Shown: positions 1 to 8,872 of the stretch, piece after piece
How the letters are laid out: each line of letters begins with the position of its first letter
How positions within the stretch are numbered: position 1 is the stretch's first letter
Virus record (IMG/VR): IMGVR_UViG_3300031673_000001
Reading direction: 5' to 3' (one strand)
From: a virus
Lineage: Duplodnaviria; Caudoviricetes
DNA length: 64,000 nucleotides
Made by a program: the position numbers and the translations under genes
The notes under the pieces: generated by a model
Databases searched by the model: none
Told to the model about the DNA's origin: nothing
What the model saw: only the letters and a program-made list of their open reading frames with translations

Positions 1-391
1 AAGAGAAATCTTTTACATCTTTCCACCATTCGTTTATATCTTCCATTATAAGTTCGCCATCATCTTCATTTCTATCTGTTCGATCTATATTCCTATAAAA
101 TTTTGGAGACCATTTTTTTATAAAACTTTTTGCATCTTCTAATGTTTCGCCTTTCCATGTTACTACTAAATTTTTCTCAATTGCTTTTATAAATTTTTTT
201 TGTTTATTTGTTGGAGGAAATGGTTTATTATTTTTAATATAGTACAGTCTTTGTTCGTTTTTATGTTTCGATATAAATGCTTCTACTTCTTCTCTATCCA
301 TCAATTTTCCAGAGTATTTAATATTAAGATCTCTACATATAGATTTTAAATATTCTCTTTGTGCTTTGGTGCTTTTTATTATATTTTTCAT
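1..391 (-). CDS. Hypothetical protein, runs off the window start (MKNIIKSTKAQREYL...)
   Basis: Manual translation: ATG at 391 overlaps the TGA of 388..588 (ATGA); frame stays open to position 1; two imperfect T-x-x-Q...FI repeats. Confidence 0.6.
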   Translation of the reverse strand, partial: MKNIIKSTKAQREYLKSICRDLNIKYSGKLMDREEVEAFISKHKNEQRLYYIKNNKPFPPTNKQKKFIKAIEKNLVVTWKGETLEDAKSFIKKWSPKFYRNIDRTDRNEDDGELIMEDINEWWKDVKDFS

Positions 392-588
392 TTGTTATAC
401 TCCTCTAAATATAAATCAGATATTTTCTTTATTGTTTCTATAATGTTTGTCTTTGATAACCATGCATCATTTGAAATATCAGTTATTAGAGAAGAAAATT
501 TTTGTCCAAACGATTCAATGAGATCTTCAAATTCCGAAAATCTAATGTCTTCGGAGAGAGTTTTATATACAGCTTCTTCTATTTCCAT
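388..588 (-). CDS. Hypothetical protein
   Basis: ORF track; AGGA-type RBS upstream; coupled to next gene. Confidence 0.55.
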   Translation of the reverse strand: MEIEEAVYKTLSEDIRFSEFEDLIESFGQKFSSLITDISNDAWLSKTNIIETIKKISDLYLEEYNK

Positions 589-603
589 TAGATTTTATCC
601 TCC

Positions 604-1059
604 CTATATATGTGGCAAAGTATTTACAATCTGATAAAACTCCATAGCACATTTTTCATGAGTCATAAAATCACCATAGGCAGATGAACAGAACAACTTA
701 TCAACATACCAACAGACAATCACACCTTCTGCAACTCCACGTTTCACTTTATTATAATGCTTTACAATTTCATCACTCAACATACCACATGTATTTCTCA
801 CACCTTGAATTGTTCCATTTACAAAATCAAGTTCTCTTGCTCCATCCATAATATCATTTACAACGTCATCTAAATCATTGAGATTTGCGTCACATATAAT
901 ACCAATATACATTGGCCATCCTTCCATTTGATATTTCCTGACAATTAAAGGACTCCAATTTTTATCTAATAATCTTGTAGAAGTTGAACTATCATCTCTT
1001 GTCATTCCAGCATTTGCTTCACTTCCCATATTCTTATTTCTCTCTACATGATCGGTCAT
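604..1059 (-). CDS. Hypothetical protein
   Basis: ORF track 604..1080; likely start ATG 1059 overlaps the stop of 1056..1250. Confidence 0.6.
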   Translation of the reverse strand: MTDHVERNKNMGSEANAGMTRDDSSTSTRLLDKNWSPLIVRKYQMEGWPMYIGIICDANLNDLDDVVNDIMDGARELDFVNGTIQGVRNTCGMLSDEIVKHYNKVKRGVAEGVIVCWYVDKLFCSSAYGDFMTHEKCAMEFYQIVNTLPHI

Positions 1060-1250
1060 TTGCTTTTCATCTCCTTCCATTTTGTTATTACTTCTTGAAC
1101 TATTTCTTCACTTGATGCAGGTAAATAAAATACAGTATTCCCACCTTTTGAATTGCCACTATACCACCAAGCATCTGGAAATTTCATTAATATATATTGC
1201 TCTTCTTCATAGGATTCTGTAATTATTTCTATTACCAATTTATGTTTCAT
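1056..1250 (-). CDS. Hypothetical protein
   Basis: ORF track; overlaps both neighbours in operon fashion. Confidence 0.55.
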   Translation of the reverse strand: MKHKLVIEIITESYEEEQYILMKFPDAWWYSGNSKGGNTVFYLPASSEEIVQEVITKWKEMKSK

Positions 1251-1737
1251 TATTATGTTCCTTTAATAGTCCATTGTATTCTTTATCTTTACCTTCCCTA
1301 ACCAACCTTCTCCACATTTCTATTCTACGATTTCTCTCCTCTTCATCCATCAAATCTAAAGTATATGGAATTCTTTCATCTTGTCCAATACCATTTCTTT
1401 CATACTCCATAAGAGCAAAACATCCCCACACAACCATCGCTAAGTGATGGCAATTACTTTCTTCGTCTAATTTCTCACCACGAATCCATTTCCATAGATG
1501 TCTCAAAAGTGGACCAATAACATCCTTTCTCCATTTTAATCCCTTCCACCAATTATAATTTTCATCATCGTATTTGGTTGTAGCATATGTATAGACCTTC
1601 GCTAATTCATGCAATGGCGAAGCAGGGATCAAATCATGGCGAGTTTTACCTTCACTGAACCTTGCACCTGTATCACATAATAACTCTTGCTCTTCCTCGA
1701 CATTTTTAATATACTCTTTAATTTTATTATCTTTCAC
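1240..1737 (-). CDS. dATP/dGTP diphosphohydrolase domain protein (DUF5664-like)
   Basis: Motifs GARFSEGKTRHDLIP, KY..NW.KG, LLRHL..W..GE..DEES..HHLA. Confidence 0.85.
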   Translation of the reverse strand: MKDNKIKEYIKNVEEEQELLCDTGARFSEGKTRHDLIPASPLHELAKVYTYATTKYDDENYNWWKGLKWRKDVIGPLLRHLWKWIRGEKLDEESNCHHLAMVVWGCFALMEYERNGIGQDERIPYTLDLMDEEERNRRIEMWRRLVREGKDKEYNGLLKEHNNET

Positions 1738-1755
1738 TATTCTAATTCCTTTTTT

Positions 1756-2025
1756 TTACATACCAACTCTTTTATATGTCCATCCTTTTTCCAAATAAAT
1801 TAGATTAGGAACACTTATACTTTCACAAAGCATATCTTTAACAACCATATATTTACTTTCACAAAGTGCTTCTTTAATATCAGAATAAGCTTTTCTCGTA
1901 AACTCCATAGTCGTCCCATATACTACCCTATTGTGAATATCAATAATTTCTTTCTTATCACATATAGTGGAACAAGCTGGCATAACAAAACAATTTTTAC
2001 AGGGATCATCTCTAACCTTTTTCAT
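1756..2025 (-). CDS. Small Cys-rich hypothetical protein
   Basis: PCKNCFVMPACSTIC motif; GTGA overlap with upstream gene. Confidence 0.55.
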   Translation of the reverse strand: MKKVRDDPCKNCFVMPACSTICDKKEIIDIHNRVVYGTTMEFTRKAYSDIKEALCESKYMVVKDMLCESISVPNLIYLEKGWTYKRVGM

Positions 2026-2423
2026 ACTATTTCAATTCTCCAATCATCTATATGTGATTTGACATATTTTCTCAATGTATCTTCTGTTCCGCCTGTCTTT
2101 CTTTTTAGAACTTTTTCTACTCCCTCTTGATGTCTCATAACACAAGCAATTATTAAATCTGAATTTTTAGCTATATCACTATTTCTTACAAATCCAGCAC
2201 CTTTTCCAAATTTTTTCCAATTAGCATAAAATATAATAATTGGAATGCCATGATCTTTAGCGATCATTTCAGCAAATCTATCTCCACCTTTTGAACATCC
2301 ACCAGAACAAATAAAATCTCCTTCTTCATAAATACTTAAAAACTTTTGTTCAACAAGCTTATAAGAAAATTGATCATCCCTTCCTCTAGTCCCAACTATT
2401 CCTATTACTCTTTTTATTTTCAT
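2022..2423 (-). CDS. SLOG-family protein (YspA/DUF2493-like)
   Basis: VIGIVGTR, ICSGGCSKGGDRFAE, ANWKKFGKGAGFVRNSDI. Confidence 0.85.
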   Translation of the reverse strand: MKIKRVIGIVGTRGRDDQFSYKLVEQKFLSIYEEGDFICSGGCSKGGDRFAEMIAKDHGIPIIIFYANWKKFGKGAGFVRNSDIAKNSDLIIACVMRHQEGVEKVLKRKTGGTEDTLRKYVKSHIDDWRIEIV

Positions 2424-2425
2424 TT

Positions 2426-2776
2426 CTATTCCTTAAACTTACCTTCAACTCCTCTTCTTTGTCTATCTTGTGTTCTAGAATCTAACCAGTGTAAAGCTTC
2501 TTCTAATTTTGTCAAAGCTAAAGCATTTTCACGACAAGGAAAATTACCACTCTGAAATCCACGTAATCTATCAATAACAACTGCAATTAAATCTTCATTG
2601 AAGCAACCATTGGCCACTGTCTCTTCAACTGGTCCTTTTTGAAATTTAATCCTTGTGACCATTTGCCTACCTTCTTTTCTAATAATGTCATACTCATGAC
2701 AAGCTCCTCCCATACCAGGTTCATCAAAAGCATAAATAGTGGTAAATCTTTCTGATCCAATTTCTACTTTTCTCAT
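2426..2776 (-). CDS. tad1: Tad1-like (Acb2/Tad1 hairpin) immune-signal sponge protein
   Basis: GGACHEY...IKFQKGP...EDLI.VVIDRLRGFQSG.F.CRENALALTKLEEALHWL..R..DR..RGVEG matches recalled Tad1 pattern; start 2776 chosen from GAGGAG RBS (track start 2791). Confidence 0.85.
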   Translation of the reverse strand: MRKVEIGSERFTTIYAFDEPGMGGACHEYDIIRKEGRQMVTRIKFQKGPVEETVANGCFNEDLIAVVIDRLRGFQSGNFPCRENALALTKLEEALHWLDSRTQDRQRRGVEGKFKE

Positions 2777-2787
2777 TTTATTTCTCC

Positions 2788-3357
2788 TCAATATTCTTCA
2801 TTTTCATTAATATTTAAATGATTATAAACCCTATATTTTATTCCTGATTCTTTAAGCAAATATTGAGATGAGTAATCATAGTAACTTATCTTCGTAACTA
2901 TGATCTCATCTATTCCAGCATTTATAATTTCCACCATACATTGAGAACAAGGAATGCCACAATTCATATACAACTTTGCACCATTGGTAGCAATTCCATG
3001 TCTTGCAGCATTAATCAATACATTTCGTTCCGCGTGTCCTGCTAAACACCATTCAAGACCTTCACCTGATTTAAATCCCATCTCGGGAATATGTCTTGGA
3101 CATTTTCCTTCTAGATTTTCTTCATAAAATTCTTTAGTAACAAACTTAAAATTTGCCGCCTCTTGCATCTTCACATCATAATTCCATCTTTCATCACAAG
3201 TTCTTATTCCCCTTGGAGGTCCATTATATCCCTGACATATAATTGTTTTATCTCTAACTAATATAGCTCCAATTTGTCTAGATAGACATTGACTCTTTTT
3301 TGCCACAGTTCTACACATCTCATGATACCAAGGATCCCATTCCATCCCTTTTCTCAT
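2788..3357 (-). CDS. dCMP deaminase
   Basis: CLSRQIGAILV, GYNGPPRG, HAERN, PCSQC zinc motifs. Confidence 0.92.
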   Translation of the reverse strand: MRKGMEWDPWYHEMCRTVAKKSQCLSRQIGAILVRDKTIICQGYNGPPRGIRTCDERWNYDVKMQEAANFKFVTKEFYEENLEGKCPRHIPEMGFKSGEGLEWCLAGHAERNVLINAARHGIATNGAKLYMNCGIPCSQCMVEIINAGIDEIIVTKISYYDYSSQYLLKESGIKYRVYNHLNINENEEY

Positions 3358-3695
3358 CTATCATCTCCTTCTCCCTTTATTTTATTTCTTTCTTTCCTAT
3401 CTAATAATTTTTTCAAATTCTCTTCTGCAACTTCATCAAAATCTATTCCAAGAGTATCCATAAGTCTAGCAAGATACCACATAATATCTCCAGCTTCTTT
3501 GATAATCTCATCCATCCTTTTAGGAGTCATTTGACCATAATCATCTCTAAAATGTTTCTTTACCTTTTCAATAAGTTCTCCAGTTTCACCTCCAATTCCC
3601 AAAACATAATACAACCATGCTGGACTAATTCCATGCTCAGGTCCAGTTCCTCTATCCGTAATTCTAGTACTCATCTGATATTCTCTTAATTCCAT
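3354..3695 (-). CDS. MazG-like nucleotide pyrophosphohydrolase
   Basis: LGIGGETGELIEKVKK...KEAGDIMWYL. Confidence 0.88.
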   Translation of the reverse strand: MELREYQMSTRITDRGTGPEHGISPAWLYYVLGIGGETGELIEKVKKHFRDDYGQMTPKRMDEIIKEAGDIMWYLARLMDTLGIDFDEVAEENLKKLLDRKERNKIKGEGDDR

Positions 3696-4265
3696 TTATA
3701 AATCTCCATATCCACTAAAGATTTCACTTTTATCAATCTTCTTTTTTCTTAAAATTAAATTTACAATCCTCTTTGACATTCCGCTCAATGGAGCTTCTAA
3801 CCTTATTCGTTTTGATCCATTAACTTTGAGGACCTTATTTACACGACCCAACCATTCTTGTTTACAATCTGCAAATTGATTTAAATAATCATCCCAATCT
3901 GCTCCTAACCAAATAGTCTCTATTCCCTTACTTTCTGCTATAGATGCTGCAATTGATACAAACATCAAGTTACGACTAGGAACATGCATCTCATTGACTC
4001 CTTCATATGTTCCCTTAACACCATCCCCTGTTAAACCGCTATTGATATTAAGTCCATTAATCTTTACTGTATCCCAAGGAATTTGCTTCTTTGCTAAATA
4101 CTCACATGCTTTATCAAGTTCCTCAATATGAAGTTGTCCATATTCAATCAAAACACAATGCGGTTTCATATCTAAACCAAGTGCCAACTCCAACATCAAT
4201 ACGCTATCCGCACCACCACTAAATAAAATTACTACATCATCATCTCTCTTATTCCTCTTTCCCAT
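3696..4265 (-). CDS. queC: QueC-like 7-cyano-7-deazaguanine synthase, lacking the C-terminal Zn-binding Cys cluster
   Basis: ILFSGGADS PP-loop, YGQ.H..E, VPSRNL.F.SIAAS.AE, ADC; start 4265 from AAGGAG RBS (track start 4283). Confidence 0.8.
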   Translation of the reverse strand: MGKRNKRDDDVVILFSGGADSVLMLELALGLDMKPHCVLIEYGQLHIEELDKACEYLAKKQIPWDTVKINGLNINSGLTGDGVKGTYEGVNEMHVPSRNLMFVSIAASIAESKGIETIWLGADWDDYLNQFADCKQEWLGRVNKVLKVNGSKRIRLEAPLSGMSKRIVNLILRKKKIDKSEIFSGYGDL

Positions 4266-4351
4266 TTTTAAATCTCCTTTCAATCAATTTTATTATTTGT
4301 TACCTTTAATAATTAAAACATCTCATAAATAAATTAGATATTAATCTCATT

Positions 4352-4373
4352 ACTATATATATAAATAATTGAA
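4352..4373 (+). promoter_or_regulatory. Conserved 22-nt promoter-like motif ACTATATATATAAATAATTGAA
   Basis: Near-identical copies at 7697 and 10610, each upstream of a + strand gene at a divergent strand switch. Confidence 0.65.
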
Positions 4374-4409
4374 TATAAACTGTCACCCCTCTAAAAAGGA
4401 GATTAATAT

Positions 4410-4577
4410 ATGGAAAAATTAACAAAATCCATATTAATTATTCTGCAACTTGGAGTAATTGTCATGACCATATTTATGAAAATATTTTCAAACCTAGTTG
4501 GAAAATTTTCTGGAGCAATAGAAACATCAGACCCAAATGGGAATGGAAATGAGAATAATGGAAAGGATACAGTATGA
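4410..4577 (+). CDS. Small membrane protein, 55 aa (not in ORF track)
   Basis: AAGGAG RBS; MEKLTKSILIILQLGVIVMTIFMKIF hydrophobic helix; ATGA overlap with 4574. Confidence 0.65.
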   Translation: MEKLTKSILIILQLGVIVMTIFMKIFSNLVGKFSGAIETSDPNGNGNENNGKDTV

Positions 4578-4783
4578 AAAACAAATTTGTAGGTTTAGAC
4601 ATAGCATACTCTTCATTTGCATCGTTTCTGCATATGTTATTTCTAATATTAAATGGAATATCATATGTAGGTTTGTTGATGTTAAAATCTAACATCAACA
4701 AATTAAAACCAAAATCAGACGATACAAAGAAAAAAAAGAAACAATCAATCAGAGAAGAAATTAAAAAATTTCTAACAGTCTAA
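4574..4783 (+). CDS. Small membrane protein with basic C-terminal tail
   Basis: Hydrophobic segment followed by a Lys-rich tail. Confidence 0.6.
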   Translation: MKNKFVGLDIAYSSFASFLHMLFLILNGISYVGLLMLKSNINKLKPKSDDTKKKKKQSIREEIKKFLTV

Positions 4784-4801
4784 AGAAAAGGAGAAATTAT
4801 C

Positions 4802-5569
4802 ATGGAAAAAGAAAAAGCAGAAAAAATCTTGAAAATTGCTAAAACCGCAGGTAAGATTGTAACAACTCTTTCAAAAATCCTGTTGGTATTATTGGTAATA
4901 GCTGGCAGCGGATTCATTGGTGCTGGAGCTCACATGATCTTCAGAGTTCCGGAACCTCTTCCTATTATTCCCCCATGTCCAACGTGTGAAACCTGTCCCG
5001 AGGTTGCGGAAGTTGCGGAATGTCCCGAAGTTGCAGAAACTCCAAAGTCTGAATCTGCCTGGTATGCCCAGTTATGGGATGCAGTAACTCCAGGTAACGC
5101 AACAGCTGAAATTCCTCCTGCTGTTGTTACGAAATATCAAAAACTTACTCCTACCATTGTTCCTGCTACCAAAATTACTATTACTCCTCCTGTTGCTGCT
5201 CCTCCCCCGGAACCAAGATCACTATTTAAAATCTGGTGGGAAGATACCTTTCAAACCTGGTTGAGTAAGACGTTTGGTTGGAAAGAACAAATAACTACAA
5301 TTACCAAAGAAACAACAGTGGTTGTTCAAACAACATTGTCCAATGATACAAAAGAATTATTGAACAAAAACATGGCAAGAATAGTTGAACTGACAGCTAA
5401 GATGACCGATAAAAAGATGAACGTTAAAAATAGAAAGGGAATTCAGAAAAGAATAAACTTTCATATTGAGACTATTGTTGCCCTAATCGAAAAAGATGAT
5501 GGGAAAAAAGTTGCTCCTATTATCGACTTAGATTCAAAACCTAAAAAACCAGTCGCTCCCAAAGGATAA
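4802..5569 (+). CDS. Membrane-anchored Pro/Thr-rich protein
   Basis: AAGGAG RBS; N-terminal TM helix; PPCPTCETCPEVAEVAECPEVAE; helical C-terminus. Confidence 0.7.
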   Translation: MEKEKAEKILKIAKTAGKIVTTLSKILLVLLVIAGSGFIGAGAHMIFRVPEPLPIIPPCPTCETCPEVAEVAECPEVAETPKSESAWYAQLWDAVTPGNATAEIPPAVVTKYQKLTPTIVPATKITITPPVAAPPPEPRSLFKIWWEDTFQTWLSKTFGWKEQITTITKETTVVVQTTLSNDTKELLNKNMARIVELTAKMTDKKMNVKNRKGIQKRINFHIETIVALIEKDDGKKVAPIIDLDSKPKKPVAPKG

Positions 5570-5587
5570 TGGTTCAGCATACGATTC

Positions 5588-5631
5588 AAAAAAAATATAA
5601 GTGGATTTCTATAACCCACTTATATTTTTTT
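5588..5631. terminator. Bidirectional intrinsic terminator
   Basis: AAAAAAATATAAGTGG...CCACTTATATTTTTTT inverted repeat between convergent genes. Confidence 0.75.
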
Positions 5632-6639
5632 CCAAATATCATAATTTTTTTTGTTGACATTTTCAAAAGAATAAATTTTCTCTCTTCCATCCAATGCATT
5701 TTTCTTAAATCTATCTCTGGATTTTATCCCATCCCTTAATCTTCTCATAGCTGTATTTGCATTACATTCTATCACCCCTTGTTGTTTAAAAAATGGCAAT
5801 AATCTAACTGTATCTCTAACAATCAATGGAGTTCCAGACATTAATATTTCTGTTGATACTCTCGGGCAACCATCATTTTGATTACTCATATTTATTCCAA
5901 AGAAACTTCTATTTAAAATTTCATTCAACTTTTCTCTAACAACTGATCCCATAAAATGGATATTCTTTAATCCCCTATCTTTTGCCATTTGATGTCCAAC
6001 TTCTGGTTTATTACCGCAATGAACAATTTTCATTTTTCTTAAACTACTACAACTACCAATTACATCCATAAAAAATGCTTGACCTTTATATGATGACTGA
6101 CTAAAATTGGATGGCCAGCAGAAGTGCCAGTCTTTTGTAACATTCTCTAATGGTTTAAATATTTCTGGAGAAGCTGTTTTGTAGAAAGGCATTGAATTCT
6201 TTGCTTTTTCAATATCTCTCTCATCTTCTATCAAATAGATATCATATTTACCACCCCATTGAGATGTTATTCTACGACCAGCACCTAAATACAATTTAAG
6301 ACCAAATTGTTTTGGTTTTTCTTTTGTGATCTTATCGTATTCCAGAAACCCGCCTCTAAAAAATGATATTTCTGGTTTTTCATAATCATATGTTTCATTA
6401 AAATTACGAACCCATCTCTGTATAAACTGTTTTCCATTAACGTCAAATATAATATCTGGTCTATCTCTTTTAGTCAATCTCCAGATAATTACTTCATCAA
6501 AAAAATTATTTTTCAGCAACCATAGAGGTAGGAGTAAATAATAATCGTGACACTTCTTTTCAAATGTTTCAAGATCTTTAAATTTATGATAATATTCTAA
6601 ACTCTTTATATCTGATCTAAACAACCAAAAGCTTCTCAT
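5620..6639 (-). CDS. Putative GT-B fold glycosyltransferase
   Basis: C-terminal NDGCPRVSTEILMSGTPLIV resembles the GT4 E-x7-E region. Confidence 0.6.
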   Translation of the reverse strand: MRSFWLFRSDIKSLEYYHKFKDLETFEKKCHDYYLLLPLWLLKNNFFDEVIIWRLTKRDRPDIIFDVNGKQFIQRWVRNFNETYDYEKPEISFFRGGFLEYDKITKEKPKQFGLKLYLGAGRRITSQWGGKYDIYLIEDERDIEKAKNSMPFYKTASPEIFKPLENVTKDWHFCWPSNFSQSSYKGQAFFMDVIGSCSSLRKMKIVHCGNKPEVGHQMAKDRGLKNIHFMGSVVREKLNEILNRSFFGINMSNQNDGCPRVSTEILMSGTPLIVRDTVRLLPFFKQQGVIECNANTAMRRLRDGIKSRDRFKKNALDGREKIYSFENVNKKNYDIWKKI

Positions 6640-7292
6640 AATCTATATTCCAATCTTTCAGTAAATTGATCGTAGTCTATTTCTAGATTAGAATTACTTC
6701 TAACTCTATATGCATATGCTCTTTCAGGATTTATTTTTCCAAACTTTAATGTAGTGTTCATAACACTCTTAACTATCTTTTTATCATCTTTTAAATTTAA
6801 AAATTTAAAAATTTTAGATAAATATAATTCAGGTTCTAAAACTAAATCTTCATAAACAATAGTAGCGCATCTTCTATCTGTATTAATAAAATCAATATAC
6901 TTGGGGAGAGAATTAAAAATTAAATCTAATGCATTTTTACCAGGAGAACCATTCAAACTTCCTGATGATGCTACATCAATAGGGTGTCGTAATATATGAA
7001 TTATTCTAGCTTTCTTTCCAAAAAACTTCAACCACTTTTTTGAAAATCCTATTACTCTCTCCCCATGTTTATCACTTGGTCTATTACCCCAAGGGATCTT
7101 TTCTCCCCAAGCATATTTCTTTAAATTAGGGACTCTCTTTTTCGCCATCATCACAATCCAGTCTTTCGGTTTATCAAATTCGATATATCCCTCTTCGGAC
7201 TCAATCCAACCAACTTCAGGATGACAATTAATTAATTGTTGTAGCAACGTTGTACCACTATGTTGAAATCCTGTTATCAATATTTTATTCAT
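6636..7292 (-). CDS. Sulfotransferase family protein
   Basis: ILITGFQHSGTTLL PAPS-binding loop, WGEKIP, IIHILRHPIDV, IVYEDLV..PE. Confidence 0.85.
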   Translation of the reverse strand: MNKILITGFQHSGTTLLQQLINCHPEVGWIESEEGYIEFDKPKDWIVMMAKKRVPNLKKYAWGEKIPWGNRPSDKHGERVIGFSKKWLKFFGKKARIIHILRHPIDVASSGSLNGSPGKNALDLIFNSLPKYIDFINTDRRCATIVYEDLVLEPELYLSKIFKFLNLKDDKKIVKSVMNTTLKFGKINPERAYAYRVRSNSNLEIDYDQFTERLEYRL

Positions 7293-7630
7293 TTTGCAGT
7301 AGTATCTTCTGATGGATCTTGTTCAGAAGCTTGATATGGTTCATAAGAAGGTTCTGGATTCCTATAATACATATAATCTATCATACTTTCCGAATACCAT
7401 TTTTCAACACTACCATTATCAAGCAAACAAATATTTCCTCCTGTCTGATTAACACCCAACGCTGTAATATTTCCTACAAAACCAATATTTCTAACCTGAA
7501 CATAATCTCCAATATAATGTTCGAAAACAACAATATTCTCTATTGGAGGTGGTGGTGGCATTGGTCCAGGCATAATATTAGGATCTGGAATCATTCTTGC
7601 CTCTTTACTTTCACCAGTTTTCTTACTCAT
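7289..7630 (-). CDS. Hypothetical protein
   Basis: ORF track; AGGAGG RBS. Confidence 0.6.
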   Translation of the reverse strand: MSKKTGESKEARMIPDPNIMPGPMPPPPPIENIVVFEHYIGDYVQVRNIGFVGNITALGVNQTGGNICLLDNGSVEKWYSESMIDYMYYRNPEPSYEPYQASEQDPSEDTTAK

Positions 7631-7696
7631 TTTGTATTCCTCCTTGCTAGTTTATTAGTTTGTACAACACTTATAAATAACTTTATATTATTTACA

Positions 7697-7718
7697 ACTA
7701 TATATATAAATAAATGAA
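7697..7718 (+). promoter_or_regulatory. 22-nt promoter-like motif ACTATATATATAAATAAATGAA
   Basis: Copy of the 4352 motif, 41 nt upstream of ORF 7760. Confidence 0.65.
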
Positions 7719-7759
7719 TAGGGAACTTTTATACTAAAAATTTAATAAGGGGGTTTTAC

Positions 7760-7999
7760 ATGGATCGACGTAGTTATGAAGACACTAATTATCCAGAGAC
7801 ACCAGAAATAGTTGGCAGAGGAAGTGATATATCATTTACCTCATCAACACAAGGTGGCATGTGGTGTCCTCTTTGCTTCTTCTTAGAGAGAAAATATCAC
7901 TGGATAGAAAATGTATCAGAAAATAAATTTGCACTATGTAACAAACAAAACAAAAAATTTCAAGTGACTAGAGAACATATTAATAGAAAGCATTTATAA
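7760..7999 (+). CDS. Small protein with CPLC motif
   Basis: ORF track; follows promoter motif. Confidence 0.55.
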   Translation: MDRRSYEDTNYPETPEIVGRGSDISFTSSTQGGMWCPLCFFLERKYHWIENVSENKFALCNKQNKKFQVTREHINRKHL

Positions 8000-8872
8000 T
8001 AAACTCCGTGCTCCTGCCAACATATCTCTCGTAACACTCAAATCTCTACATGTCCAGGCATCCCATGCAAAATTACGAACATAGTAATAACTTACATAAC
8101 CATATCCTTTTTGTCCCCACTTATCTGACCAACTATTTTTAAATTTGATGAGTTTTTTATTATCATCATAACCTACAGCACAGACAGCATGACCGCCATA
8201 ACAAAATTGTGGATACTTCGGATCTTCAACTATACCATCATCTCCAACAGACAACATCTCTTCATACACTCCCATTCCAAGAACAACGGGACCATCTTTT
8301 AAAGCATCCCTTAGTTCTTCTAATGATGTAACCCTCCAGTATGAATCAATCAATGCCCACCTGGCAACAAGATGCGCCCACTTCTCTGGAGAACCCTTGA
8401 CTACATCATCATATGGCCAAGCTTTCTCAGTTGGAGATCCAATTCTATGTAAAACTTTCATAGCACATCTAATTGATGTTCCTTCGATGCCTGGCCACGG
8501 ATCAATCTTTTTACTCATCCAATAAATCCAAGCTTCTGAAAGATCATAATACTTATCACTTCTATGATCAAATTTTCCAGATTCAACCTCTGCTCGATGT
8601 TCCTTTTGCTCTTGCCATTCTTTTAAAGCAGCAACTGAAAAACCAACGCAACTCCCCAATCTCATTTGATCTTTAACAGGAGACATAGAATCTGTCCAAT
8701 CAACTGAATTTGGAGATAATAATCTAGCATCAGCTATACTAGCATATGGAGCTCTTGGTTCATATAGATAATCTCTTTCATCATAACTATCTTTTCTATA
8801 AGTAAAACTGTATTGTTTTTCTGTTGGTCTTTTCATTCCTGGCATTTTTATATCCTCGCTTAATATCTCCAA
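7994..8872 (-). CDS. Papain-like C1 cysteine peptidase
   Basis: PVKDQ..LGSCVGFS (Gln and catalytic Cys), GGHAVCAVGYD, FKNSW...WG..GYG. Confidence 0.93.
   Translation of the reverse strand: MEILSEDIKMPGMKRPTEKQYSFTYRKDSYDERDYLYEPRAPYASIADARLLSPNSVDWTDSMSPVKDQMRLGSCVGFSVAALKEWQEQKEHRAEVESGKFDHRSDKYYDLSEAWIYWMSKKIDPWPGIEGTSIRCAMKVLHRIGSPTEKAWPYDDVVKGSPEKWAHLVARWALIDSYWRVTSLEELRDALKDGPVVLGMGVYEEMLSVGDDGIVEDPKYPQFCYGGHAVCAVGYDDNKKLIKFKNSWSDKWGQKGYGYVSYYYVRNFAWDAWTCRDLSVTRDMLAGARSLL

Noticed and set aside
604-1059. QueD-like enzyme (NTCGMLSDEI resembles SCEMIADDL)
   Set aside because: Zn-binding His residues not found; similarity too short
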